A stretch of 48,558 nucleotides of DNA from Patescibacteria group bacterium (GTDB lineage: Bacteria; Patescibacteriota; Minisyncoccia; 2-02-FULL-40-12; GWA2-44-9): positions 1 to 48,558 of the forward strand of contig JBBTQV010000047.1 in the NCBI GenBank assembly GCA_038065515.1, in the 5' to 3' direction. Shown here one piece after another: positions 35,558-44,316 of this stretch. The notes under the pieces are model-generated. The model did no database searches. It worked only from the letters and a program-made list of their open reading frames with translations, and was not told where the DNA came from. The first letter of the stretch is position 1, and the number at the start of each line of letters is the position of its first letter. The position numbers were made by a program, and so were the translations under genes.

Positions 35558-35586
35558 ATAATAACAGTAAAATCACTTTCTGACAA
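35558..35586 (-). promoter_or_regulatory. tRNA operon promoter TTGTCA-N17-TATTAT
   Basis: Reverse complement of 35581-35586 and of 35558-35563. Lies ~25 nt upstream of tRNA-Ile. Confidence 0.5.
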
Positions 35587-35612
35587 TAAGTAAGCCGATA
35601 GCACGGAAAGTA

Positions 35613-35641
35613 TTGCCAAATTTGACTGGACATGCTATTAT
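35613..35641 (+). promoter_or_regulatory. promoter TTGCCA-N17-(TGC)TATTAT
   Basis: The -10 box ends 12 nt before the ATG at 35654, with no SD. Confidence 0.5.
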
Positions 35642-35653
35642 CAAGCAATCAAT

Positions 35654-36208
35654 ATGACTGACACGAAGACACTCACTTCGGTCAATAAGGCCCTCAAAGA
35701 GAAGTTTAAGGGCCACAAGCTCGTGTTCGGACAAGGCGCGATCGGTTCCCGGGTCCTCGTCGTCAGCGAAATGCTCGACCCCCACGGCGAAAAGGACGGC
35801 ACACCGGTTGGCGGTCCGCACATGAAGCTACTCGCGAAGCTCCTCAAAGAAGCGGGTATCGACCGTCGCAAAGTGTATGTGACCAATGTGGTGAAGTACC
35901 GTCCGGTAGCCGACAAGCAACCGACCCCGAAGGAAATCAAGAGTCATGCCTCATTCCTGAAGGAAGAAATCCGCACGGTGAATCCGGAGATTGTGGTCAC
36001 ACTGGGCAACCTGGCGCTCAACGGCGTCGGCCTGCGCATCCCCGTGGAAAATGTTCACGGACGCACATTCCCGCTGGGCACATACCGGCTGCTGCCGACA
36101 TTCCACCCCGAACGCGCTCTGCGGGACCCAGGCGCAAAGACACTCCTGGAAGCGGATTTCGCAAAACTCAAAGAACTCTTCAAGTCTCCCAAGCCCGAAG
36201 CAAACTAG
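35654..36208 (+). CDS. uracil-DNA glycosylase superfamily protein (family 4/5-like, divergent motif A)
   Basis: VYVTNVVKYRP, PTPKEI and TFHPERAL fit UDG family 4. The usual GEAPG is SEMLD here. Confidence 0.65.
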   Translation: MTDTKTLTSVNKALKEKFKGHKLVFGQGAIGSRVLVVSEMLDPHGEKDGTPVGGPHMKLLAKLLKEAGIDRRKVYVTNVVKYRPVADKQPTPKEIKSHASFLKEEIRTVNPEIVVTLGNLALNGVGLRIPVENVHGRTFPLGTYRLLPTFHPERALRDPGAKTLLEADFAKLKELFKSPKPEAN

Positions 36209-36216
36209 GAAGTTGC

Positions 36217-36239
36217 ATGTTAAGGGGCCCCCTTAACAT
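36217..36239. terminator. palindromic hairpin between convergent genes
   Basis: atgttaagggg c ccccttaacat. Confidence 0.55.
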
Positions 36240-36270
36240 CTTCTATTCCGGCATTTCCATTGCTGACACA

Positions 36271-37218
36271 CTAGCGCTTTCTGGCAACAACTTTCCTGAC
36301 TGCGCTGATGATGCCTTCCGCGGTCAGGCCGAATGCTTTCATCAGTTCATCGGGACTTCCAGATTCCCCGAATCGGTCCTGCGTACCGACGAATTCAATG
36401 GGAACGGGAGCACGGCGTGCCAGCACTTCGGCGACAGCTGAACCCATGCCACCGGCAACCTGATGCTCTTCAGCGGTCACGACCGCGCCGCAGGCCTGCG
36501 CGGCGGCGGTGATTGTTTCTTCATCCATCGGCTTTATCGTGTGATTATTGATGACCGTGCATTTGATGCTGTCTTTTGCTAGCGCGTCCGCAGCAAGAAG
36601 CGCTTCATATACCAGTGTACCGCAGGCGATGATTGCAACATCTGTGCCCTGCCGGAAGTTTTCGGCTTTTCCGATGGTGAACGGCGAGTCAGGAGTTGTG
36701 ATAACCGGTGACTTTTCGCGGCCAAGCCGCAGATAGGTCGGCTGTCCGTTGAACGCTGCCGCAACCGTCGCCTTTTCGGCCTCGATGGCATCGCAGGGCA
36801 CGATAACGACCATACGCGGGAGCACCCGCATCAGTGCAATGTCTTCGAGCGCCTGATGCGTTGCGCCATCCGGTCCTACGCTGATACCGGCGTGCGCACC
36901 TGCGATTTTGACCGGCATGTTGTTGAGGCAGATATTGGTGCGAATTTGCTCATTGTTGCGGCCCGGACTGAAGGTAGCATAGCTGGAGATGAACGGTATC
37001 TTTCCCGTAGCCGCCATGCCGGAGGCGATAACCGCCATGTTTTGCTCGGCGATGCCAACCTCGATAAACCGATGGGGGAATTTCTCGGCGAACCAGTGGC
37101 TCCGTGTGGATTCAGTGAGATCGGCGCACAGCACGACAATGCGTTCGTCCTGCTCACCCGCGCGAACCAAACCTTTGCCGTATCCATCGCGAATTGCAAT
37201 AAGTTCGGACTTGTTCAT
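36271..37218 (-). CDS. transketolase, C-terminal (pyrimidine-binding) subunit
   Basis: IAEQNMAVIASGMA and GATHQALEDIALMR motifs. The Met at 37218 gives MNKSELIAIRDGYG. Confidence 0.9.
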   Translation of the reverse strand: MNKSELIAIRDGYGKGLVRAGEQDERIVVLCADLTESTRSHWFAEKFPHRFIEVGIAEQNMAVIASGMAATGKIPFISSYATFSPGRNNEQIRTNICLNNMPVKIAGAHAGISVGPDGATHQALEDIALMRVLPRMVVIVPCDAIEAEKATVAAAFNGQPTYLRLGREKSPVITTPDSPFTIGKAENFRQGTDVAIIACGTLVYEALLAADALAKDSIKCTVINNHTIKPMDEETITAAAQACGAVVTAEEHQVAGGMGSAVAEVLARRAPVPIEFVGTQDRFGESGSPDELMKAFGLTAEGIISAVRKVVARKR

Positions 37219-37222
37219 ATCA

Positions 37223-37597
37223 TTACGGATTACAACTGCCGCATACATTTGTCATCGTTAGCGAATCGGCCTGATTGGCTTTCAGCGCGCGGCACACAGT
37301 CCGCTGTCCGTCGCTGTCGCATGAATCCCCCACATCCTGACTGGCAAACGAACCGGAAAAATCCAGCCCGAGCACCGCCGGAGCGGTGGGAAGCCCTTGC
37401 ATGATGGCGGCGTACAATTCCTGTTTTTTGGTTCTCGTCACATCGCTCTTCTCAATGGTTGTGACAATAAATGCCATGCGTTTTTGCGAAGCGGCTTGCA
37501 CCGAATGCGCCTGCAGGTACTGCCATCCGCCGAACAGAAACGATGCTCCGGCGAGGAAGAACATCACAGCAGGGAAGATGGCGCGCTTTTCCACCAT
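37223..37597 (-). CDS. hypothetical membrane-anchored Cys-containing protein
   Basis: One TM segment (IFPAVMFFLAGASFLFGGW) and a Cys-rich tail. Tightly packed on the same strand as its neighbours. Confidence 0.5.
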   Translation of the reverse strand: MVEKRAIFPAVMFFLAGASFLFGGWQYLQAHSVQAASQKRMAFIVTTIEKSDVTRTKKQELYAAIMQGLPTAPAVLGLDFSGSFASQDVGDSCDSDGQRTVCRALKANQADSLTMTNVCGSCNP

Positions 37598-37598
37598 G

Positions 37599-38039
37599 TC
37601 AGCGGGTAAAACAGTCCAGACATCCAAGACCGTCGATATTTAATTTTATTTGGGATGCCTGTACGCAGGCATCCCCCACACCCTTACCGCGCAAACAGGA
37701 GGCATTGAGACCGGCCAGCTGTCCCGCAAGGTTCACACAATTACTGACAAGCGCTTCGGAACACACGGGACCCTGCACCGGCGTGTCGGCACTGGAACGG
37801 GACAAGTCTATGACGGGTGGAGGCGTTCCGAATGTTCCCAGCGCCGCATCAACGATACTGGCCTTTGCGGCAGGACCGATGCTCGCATTGTTGACCGCGC
37901 CGATGACGCGATACGCCTGTTCGTACACAAAACCCTTGGCGTTACCGGCTTCGATATTCTTGTAGACACCGAAGCTCAATGACGCAACCGATATCAAAAC
38001 CGAGAATATCATGGTCAGATCGCGCAGCATAGAAGACAA
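37599..38039 (-). CDS. hypothetical membrane-anchored protein with six Cys in the ectodomain
   Basis: N-terminal TM segment MIFSVLISVASLSFGV. TTG start at 38039; ATG alternatives at 38030 and 38012. Confidence 0.5.
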   Translation of the reverse strand: MSSMLRDLTMIFSVLISVASLSFGVYKNIEAGNAKGFVYEQAYRVIGAVNNASIGPAAKASIVDAALGTFGTPPPVIDLSRSSADTPVQGPVCSEALVSNCVNLAGQLAGLNASCLRGKGVGDACVQASQIKLNIDGLGCLDCFTR

Positions 38040-38756
38040 TCAGGAACGGAAGTCCGGCGGGTTTTTGTGTGCTTCGTCGGAATACGACTTCGCTTCATTG
38101 CGGCGGAACGCATCACTCCCCGCATACCCGACATACAGAAGCGCGACGATACTGCCAACGATAAGAGCCAGAATGGTTGTCTCACCCGGCCCTGTCTGCA
38201 CCTGTGCGACACCGCCGATAGAAGTCGGGCTTGGTGTGGGGGTGTATGAGTAGTACGGGGTCGGAGTCAGCGTTGCTGCTCCTGCTGTTACAACCGACAG
38301 GGTAACGGGGCTTGTAGCGCCCAACACAGTAGCGTTCGTGTTTTCTGTTATGGCAATTGCCGTTGGCACTCCGAATGTCAGCGGCGCAGAACCGGCCGCT
38401 TTTCCACGGAACACCAGTGTAAAGGCCATCCCTGTACCCGCACGGGCGGGATTGGAGCCGGCCGAGAAGTTCATCCGTCCGACAACATTATCGATGGTTG
38501 CCGTTCCCAGTCCGCTGCTGAAAAAACTGCCTTTGTCGATAGACACACCTTCAAGTTTGTCGGCCGGGTAGCGCACTTCGAGCGTCGCCGCGGACACCGT
38601 TCGGTCGTTGGCGTTGATGTCAACGGTCACGGTGATAAGCTGACCAACGGTAACCGATTGCATTGCGCTCTGCATGGTAAGCGACGGTTCAACCGCAGCC
38701 AGCGCCGTCAGCGGCATGAGAAGCGTAAACGCGAGAATGGAGATGGGGTATCGCAT
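38040..38756 (-). CDS. cohesin-domain protein with C-terminal membrane anchor
   Basis: Signal peptide and a cohesin-like block (ITVTVDINANDRTVSAATLEVRYPADKLEGVSIDKGSFF...MAFTLVFRGKAAGSAPLTF). Then a TPTPYYSYTPTPSP linker and the TM segment ILALIVGSIVALLYVGYAG. Confidence 0.6.
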   Translation of the reverse strand: MRYPISILAFTLLMPLTALAAVEPSLTMQSAMQSVTVGQLITVTVDINANDRTVSAATLEVRYPADKLEGVSIDKGSFFSSGLGTATIDNVVGRMNFSAGSNPARAGTGMAFTLVFRGKAAGSAPLTFGVPTAIAITENTNATVLGATSPVTLSVVTAGAATLTPTPYYSYTPTPSPTSIGGVAQVQTGPGETTILALIVGSIVALLYVGYAGSDAFRRNEAKSYSDEAHKNPPDFRS

Positions 38757-38763
38757 AGACAGA

Positions 38764-39834
38764 TTATTTCGTTATAGTTCCGAAAAAAGTAACAACCGCA
38801 TTAAAGTCCACAATATCTATTACTCCGTCTTTGTTTTCATCGCCAAGCACTGCGCTACTGGGCACTTTCCCGAAATTCGCCACGACAATGTTGAAGTCCG
38901 ATATATCCACCTTGCCATCAACATTCACATCACCCCGGATTGGGGCCTGCGCAGTAATCGTCGCCTGCGCAACGGTAACCGTTGCTGTCGCCGTTGCGAT
39001 TCCGCCCGGACCCGTCGCGGTCAGCGTATAGATTTTTGCTGTCACGGGACTTACGGAAACCGAGGTTCCCGTGACAGCACCGACGCCATTGTCGATGGAG
39101 ATGGAAGTAGCGTTGCTTACCGTCCAGGAAAGCACGGAAGATCTGCCGCTCGTAATAGAGTCGGGAGTCGCAATAAATGACGAAATGGAGGGGCCCGGAG
39201 TAGCTGTGGCAACAATGCTCTGAACGCATGCCCTGTTGCTCCAACCGGCAAGAGTCATATCAAGGACATTGGTGTCCACCCCCTTGGCGGTCACCAGAGT
39301 GTTTGCCATGTCAACAGTGGCGCATACCTGCTTTGCGGTTGAATCTGTCGGCAAAGAATAATCGACGGTAGCCACGGTTGTTGCGCTCAAGGCGCCCGGC
39401 TGACCGGCAGGGATACCGGCGGCGAAACTTAAGATGCCACCGGCCAGCAGATGCGCCGGTTCCAAAATCTGACTGAATACCGTGGAACCGATGAGCCCGC
39501 TGACATTGGTGAATGTAGCGTCGGAAATACCCGCCCTGAACTGGAAACCGGTAATCTCGAGGTCTCCGGGCTCCAGAACGAATCGCACTTTGGATGCCGC
39601 CTCATCAAATACAGGGTAGAGCTTGACCGAATTCGTGACCGGCGGCCCAAGTGCCCCGGGTTCTGCCGCAAAGAACCGGCCTACATCAATCCCGTAGCGC
39701 GGACCGAAATATACTACCGCCGCAGCGATAACGACAAGAACACTGACAACCATGAGCACTTTTGTGCGGGCTGACATTCCACTCGCCTGAACAACCGGCG
39801 TTCCCATACCGACACCTTGTGTTGGAGTATCCAT
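38764..39834 (-). CDS. membrane-anchored protein with Ig-like domains and C-terminal dockerin
   Basis: N-terminal TM. The C-terminus carries a duplicated Ca-binding dockerin repeat: GDVNVDGKVDISDFNIVV ... GDENKDGVIDIVDFNAVV. Confidence 0.7.
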   Translation of the reverse strand: MDTPTQGVGMGTPVVQASGMSARTKVLMVVSVLVVIAAAVVYFGPRYGIDVGRFFAAEPGALGPPVTNSVKLYPVFDEAASKVRFVLEPGDLEITGFQFRAGISDATFTNVSGLIGSTVFSQILEPAHLLAGGILSFAAGIPAGQPGALSATTVATVDYSLPTDSTAKQVCATVDMANTLVTAKGVDTNVLDMTLAGWSNRACVQSIVATATPGPSISSFIATPDSITSGRSSVLSWTVSNATSISIDNGVGAVTGTSVSVSPVTAKIYTLTATGPGGIATATATVTVAQATITAQAPIRGDVNVDGKVDISDFNIVVANFGKVPSSAVLGDENKDGVIDIVDFNAVVTFFGTITK

Positions 39835-39850
39835 ATGAATAATTATACAT

Positions 39851-41569
39851 CTACTGCCCGAAATGCGAAACGATATCGTTGAAATCGAGGATGCTCACTT
39901 TGCCGTCTCCGTTAACATCGCCCAGTATGTTTGCGCCGGTCTGGCCAAAGTGCGAAACGGCTATATTAAAATCGAGAATATCTACTCTATCATCGCCGTT
40001 GGAGTCGCCTTGGGTACTGCTCAACGGACCGGCTGCGCTTTCGTTGCTCCGACATGTTTCCCCGGCGCATATCTTCATCGCATTCACCTTATCCCGAAGT
40101 CCATACTGGGCGATGAGCGATTCGGCGCGCACCGGGTCAAGCACGACAATGTTGCTTAGTTCATACGGATCAGCCTGCACATCATACAGTTCGGTTTCTC
40201 CGTTGACATACTCGACATACTTGTAAGCCCGGGTCCGGATGCCGTATGTTTGGGGATAGGGAGCGTCACCGGTCGGCCAATTTTCAATCAAGAAGTTGCG
40301 GCGCCAGTTGTTCAGGGAGAGAGTGTCATTCGGCATTCCGGGCGCCAGAAGCGAACGGAACGATTTGCCGTCCATAAAGCCCGGAACTGCCGCCCCGGCA
40401 ATCTCAGCAAATGTAGGGGTAAGATCGTGGTCCATAATAAAATAGTCCAGATATTGCCCCGCCCCGACTCCCGGACCCCGTATGATAAGTGGTACACGAA
40501 TGGATTCTTCGTACGCCAGTCCTTTGCCTTTTGGAATTCGATGTTCGCCCAATTGATATCCGTTATCAGACATGAAAACGATATAGGTATTTTCGAGACG
40601 CCCATCGGACTGTAACTCTTTAATGACTCTCGCAACCATTTCTTCAACTCCGAGCATCATCTGTAACCGTTCACGGAAATCCGCATCAATTTTTGCGATA
40701 CTCGGGTCTCCCGTATCGGGAAGCGGCGTCGGATATATCTGTTGCAACCACTGTGGTTTGTCTTGCATATCCGTCTCGTTGAACGCAAGTCCACGTGGAG
40801 CTTGCACTCCGGTAAACTGCGTCTCGGAACCGGGAGCTCCGGGTCCGGGTTCGTGAGGAGCGGGAGGAGTCAGGTACAGGAAGAATGGCTTCCCTTGGTC
40901 ACGCGTTTCACGGATAAAATTCAGCGCTTTTTCCGTCAGCACCGTCGTGCTGTAATCAGCGGGGCTGGACCCATAGCTTATCGAGGCACCCCCGAGATGG
41001 CCGGGGATATCATTTTCGAACATCGCGTAGTTATACTTCGCCATGGATAACGCACCGACCCACCGGTCCCATCCGGGCGGGATGTGCGGAGGCGTATGCA
41101 CGCCATACTTGTTGAGATACTTACCGATTAAGGCAGTTTGATAGCCTGCATCATGAAGCCACACCGCCAGCGTCGAGGATTCCAACGGCTTGAATACTTC
41201 AGCCCCGCCATTCGGTTGTGCATTCGTAAGTACGCCGGTGTTGTGTGAGTACTGCCCACGGAGAAAAGAAGAGCGCATCGGGCAGCACAACGCATTCGGT
41301 GTTATAGCATACCTGAATGTCGTACCGAGATCTTGAAGATACGCCTTGATGGTTGTGAGGTACGGCATCTCCTTCCACGACAAGTCGTCAGCAAGAATGA
41401 AAACGATGTTCGGCCGCCCGACAGTCGCCGGCGGCCCGAGGAATGACGGTTGTGCCGCAGAAATAAGGCCAACCTGCTGTGTCACACCGAATCGCGATGC
41501 GAGCAAGCTGCCCGCAATCAACAAGAGGACTCCTCCGAGTACCAGTGATTTTTTTAGTTCGGGATGCAT
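39851..41569 (-). CDS. secreted Cys-type sulfatase with C-terminal dockerin
   Basis: IVFILADDLSW and the CCPMRSSFLRGQ (C-x-P-x-R) sulfatase signature. The tail is GDSNGDDRVDILDFNIAV ... GDVNGDGKVSILDFNDIV. Confidence 0.85.
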   Translation of the reverse strand: MHPELKKSLVLGGVLLLIAGSLLASRFGVTQQVGLISAAQPSFLGPPATVGRPNIVFILADDLSWKEMPYLTTIKAYLQDLGTTFRYAITPNALCCPMRSSFLRGQYSHNTGVLTNAQPNGGAEVFKPLESSTLAVWLHDAGYQTALIGKYLNKYGVHTPPHIPPGWDRWVGALSMAKYNYAMFENDIPGHLGGASISYGSSPADYSTTVLTEKALNFIRETRDQGKPFFLYLTPPAPHEPGPGAPGSETQFTGVQAPRGLAFNETDMQDKPQWLQQIYPTPLPDTGDPSIAKIDADFRERLQMMLGVEEMVARVIKELQSDGRLENTYIVFMSDNGYQLGEHRIPKGKGLAYEESIRVPLIIRGPGVGAGQYLDYFIMDHDLTPTFAEIAGAAVPGFMDGKSFRSLLAPGMPNDTLSLNNWRRNFLIENWPTGDAPYPQTYGIRTRAYKYVEYVNGETELYDVQADPYELSNIVVLDPVRAESLIAQYGLRDKVNAMKICAGETCRSNESAAGPLSSTQGDSNGDDRVDILDFNIAVSHFGQTGANILGDVNGDGKVSILDFNDIVSHFGQ

Positions 41570-41572
41570 GGG

Positions 41573-42436
41573 TTATTCGTGTTCGCTTTGAATCTTGCCG
41601 CCCAGCGTGCGCAGTTCAGTGAGGAATACCTTGGCCTGCTCCGGACTGGGGGGGATGCCGTGCCACTTGTAGTCGAATTCTATTTCCTTGATTCCCTTGC
41701 CCGGAATCGTATGTGCGATGATGACCGTGGGTTTTTCGTGAATTGCCTTCGCCTGCTGAATCGCATCGACGAACGCTTCAATGTTGTGACCGTCAACTTC
41801 CAACACATGCCAGTTGAACGCTTCCCATTTGGCGCGCAAAGATTCCAACGGCATCACATCTTCGGTCATGCCGTCGATTTGGATATTGTTGCGGTCGATG
41901 ATGCCGGTCAGATTTGCCAAGCGGTACTTTCCCGCAAGCATCGCCGATTCCCAGATGATGCCCTCGTCCTGCTCACCGTCGCCCATGAAGCAATAGGTGC
42001 GCCACGCGGCTTTGTCCATGCGCGCGGCAAGCGCCATGCCGATGGCCTGCCCCAAACCGGAACCAAGCGGGCCTGAAGTCGTCTCGACGCCGGGCAGGCG
42101 TTCGCGCTCGGGATGACCCTGTAGCCGTGTGCCAAATTTGCGCAGGGTGAGGAGCTCTTCGACAGGGAAGTACCCTGCATGTGCCATCGCGGCATAGCGT
42201 ACGGGCGTGATGTGGCCGTTGGAGAGCACGAGCCGGTCACGGTCGGGCAATTCGGTGTTCTTCGGGTCGTGGTGCAACACATGAAAATACATGGCCGTGA
42301 AAATATCGGCCATGCCCAACGGCCCCGCGGTGTGCCCTGAACCGGCGGCAACGAGCATTGAAATAATGCTCTGGCGGATTTCATTCGCCTTCACCTCCAA
42401 CGCTTTGATTTTCTCTTCAGAAATATATTCAGACAA
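41573..42436 (-). CDS. transketolase, N-terminal (TPP-binding) subunit
   Basis: GHTAGPLG, SNGHITP and GDGEQDEGIIWE...IIDRN motifs. TTG start 10 nt after the gap stop. Confidence 0.9.
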   Translation of the reverse strand: MSEYISEEKIKALEVKANEIRQSIISMLVAAGSGHTAGPLGMADIFTAMYFHVLHHDPKNTELPDRDRLVLSNGHITPVRYAAMAHAGYFPVEELLTLRKFGTRLQGHPERERLPGVETTSGPLGSGLGQAIGMALAARMDKAAWRTYCFMGDGEQDEGIIWESAMLAGKYRLANLTGIIDRNNIQIDGMTEDVMPLESLRAKWEAFNWHVLEVDGHNIEAFVDAIQQAKAIHEKPTVIIAHTIPGKGIKEIEFDYKWHGIPPSPEQAKVFLTELRTLGGKIQSEHE

Positions 42437-42446
42437 GTGAGATTTG

Positions 42447-43502
42447 CTATTGGCTCAATGCTTTCGCTATCTCCAATACATGCATGACGAGAGAGTTTGT
42501 ATATCCGAATTCATTGTCGTACCACGCGTAGACACAGCAGAGGTCACCGTCGACAACCTTTGTGAGCGAGAGGTCGGCGATGGCGGCATGCGGATTGCCG
42601 ACGATATCGCTGGAGACCAATTGGTCGCGCGTCACCGAGAAAATACCCTGCCAAGCGTCTTCGGCGGCGGCAATTTCCAGAATGTCGTTGATTTCGTCAA
42701 CGGTCGTCTTCTTTTTTGAAATAAATGTGATGGCCGACAGCGAACCCGTGAGCACGGGAACGCGCATCGAGATACCGTCGAATTTTTCTTTCAGTTCAGG
42801 AATTGCACGGGCAACGGCAATCGTTGCGCCTGTGGTACTGGGACTGATGTTTGCCGCCGCGGCGCGCCCGCGACGGAAATCGGTGCCTTTAACCGGCCCG
42901 TCAATCAGACTCTGCGTGGCGGTGTAGCCATGTACTGTATTGAGAAACGCTTTTTTCACGCCGAGCTTTTCGGTCAATATTTGGAGAATAGGTGAAGCGG
43001 AGTTCGTAGTGCAGGAACCATTACTCGACAGCGTGCAGGTTTTCAGCGCTTTCTCGTTCACACCCATCAGCACCGTTCTTGCATCGGGCCCGTCATCGTC
43101 TTTTGCCGGAGCGGTGAGCACAACGCGCCTCGCACCCGCCTTGATGTGCACGCGGGCTTTTTCGAAACTCTCGAATGCACCGGTGGCTTCAACGACAATA
43201 TCGACATCAAGCGCTTCCCAGGGGAGTTTGAGCGGGTCTTTCTCCTGCAAAAACATCATCCGCCGCGCTTGCCCCGAGCCTATCGAGGGGCCGATAACGA
43301 GGAACTTTTTCCCGTCGGATTCTTCGATGGAAACGGGCTGGCCATAGTGACCGTATGCGGAATCGAAACGGAGCAGATAGGCGAGATTCTCCGGATCGCC
43401 CAAGTCGTTGATTGCCACCACATTGAGCTCCGGCTTGGTAAGCGCGAGCTTGAGAAACGCCCGTCCAATGCGACCGAAACCGTTGAGTGCGATGTTTGCC
43501 AT
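42447..43502 (-). CDS. gap: glyceraldehyde-3-phosphate dehydrogenase
   Basis: NGFGRIGR, SCTTN and WYDNEFGY motifs. Confidence 0.95.
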   Translation of the reverse strand: MANIALNGFGRIGRAFLKLALTKPELNVVAINDLGDPENLAYLLRFDSAYGHYGQPVSIEESDGKKFLVIGPSIGSGQARRMMFLQEKDPLKLPWEALDVDIVVEATGAFESFEKARVHIKAGARRVVLTAPAKDDDGPDARTVLMGVNEKALKTCTLSSNGSCTTNSASPILQILTEKLGVKKAFLNTVHGYTATQSLIDGPVKGTDFRRGRAAAANISPSTTGATIAVARAIPELKEKFDGISMRVPVLTGSLSAITFISKKKTTVDEINDILEIAAAEDAWQGIFSVTRDQLVSSDIVGNPHAAIADLSLTKVVDGDLCCVYAWYDNEFGYTNSLVMHVLEIAKALSQ

Positions 43503-43509
43503 ATCTCAT

Positions 43510-43518
43510 ATTCTAACA
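43510..43518 (-). promoter_or_regulatory. extended -10 box TGTTAGAAT
   Basis: Ends 7 nt before the gap ATG, so the predicted transcript is leaderless. Confidence 0.45.
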
Positions 43519-43531
43519 CTATACGAAAAGG

Positions 43532-43560
43532 AAAACCCGCCTGCTTTTCAACAGGCGGGG
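43532..43560 (-). terminator. intrinsic terminator
   Basis: cccgcctg / caggcggg stem followed by UUUU on the minus strand. Confidence 0.7.
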
Positions 43561-43567
43561 CTGGGTA

Positions 43568-44281
43568 TCAGACTATCAGTACACCGGGAGGGAGCTGGCG
43601 TTTTGGTCGGGGTGTCAGCGGTTGGGGCGGCGGTGTCACCTGTGGAGCCGGTTGCGGTCCCGTAAACGCTCCGCCGTTCCGGGGGATGAGCTGTCCCCGA
43701 AGATACACATACCCGCACTCACCTCCATGACCGTCGGCATCGACCTCTTTGCCGCAAATCTGAATACCGATAAGCTGGTACAGTGCGACACAGTCCCTCC
43801 GGTTCTTAGTGCTACAGGCAAGGAGATAGGTCTGGTCGAACTCTTCGGGACCGTGGTATGGGCGCTGGTATTCAATGTGCGCTTGAACCGTTTCCGGTAC
43901 CGGCCATGGCACCGCCATCCACTCGAAATGCTGCAACGGTACCTGAAGCCACAGAATGCGTGAAGGCATGTAGACCGCTTCGAACTTGAGTATTTTCGTG
44001 CCGGGAACAAATCGCCGGGCATCTTCGATGACGCCGTAGCGGCCGAAGTCGCCCGCCGTCATGGGTAGTCTGTGGCGTTTGATGCCAAAGTAGGTCCAGC
44101 ACAAACCAAGCACTAGGATGAGGCATGCCGCCGCGACGATGGCCTCTCCCAACACCCGCAATGCGCTCCATGCGCTCAATCGCTTTCGGGCTACACCCCG
44201 AGAGCGAGCGAAGCGGACTGCAAGCACGATAATGCATGCCGCACCCAACAAGACCGACACGAAAGCAACGGCCATCTGCAT
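43568..44281 (-). CDS. hypothetical two-TM protein with Pro-rich tail
   Basis: AGGAGG lies 5 nt upstream of the ATG at 44281. No family recognised. Confidence 0.55.
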   Translation of the reverse strand: MQMAVAFVSVLLGAACIIVLAVRFARSRGVARKRLSAWSALRVLGEAIVAAACLILVLGLCWTYFGIKRHRLPMTAGDFGRYGVIEDARRFVPGTKILKFEAVYMPSRILWLQVPLQHFEWMAVPWPVPETVQAHIEYQRPYHGPEEFDQTYLLACSTKNRRDCVALYQLIGIQICGKEVDADGHGGECGYVYLRGQLIPRNGGAFTGPQPAPQVTPPPQPLTPRPKRQLPPGVLIV

Positions 44282-44316
44282 CACCGCCTCCTATCGAAAA
44301 GAGCAATAAGGAAATA

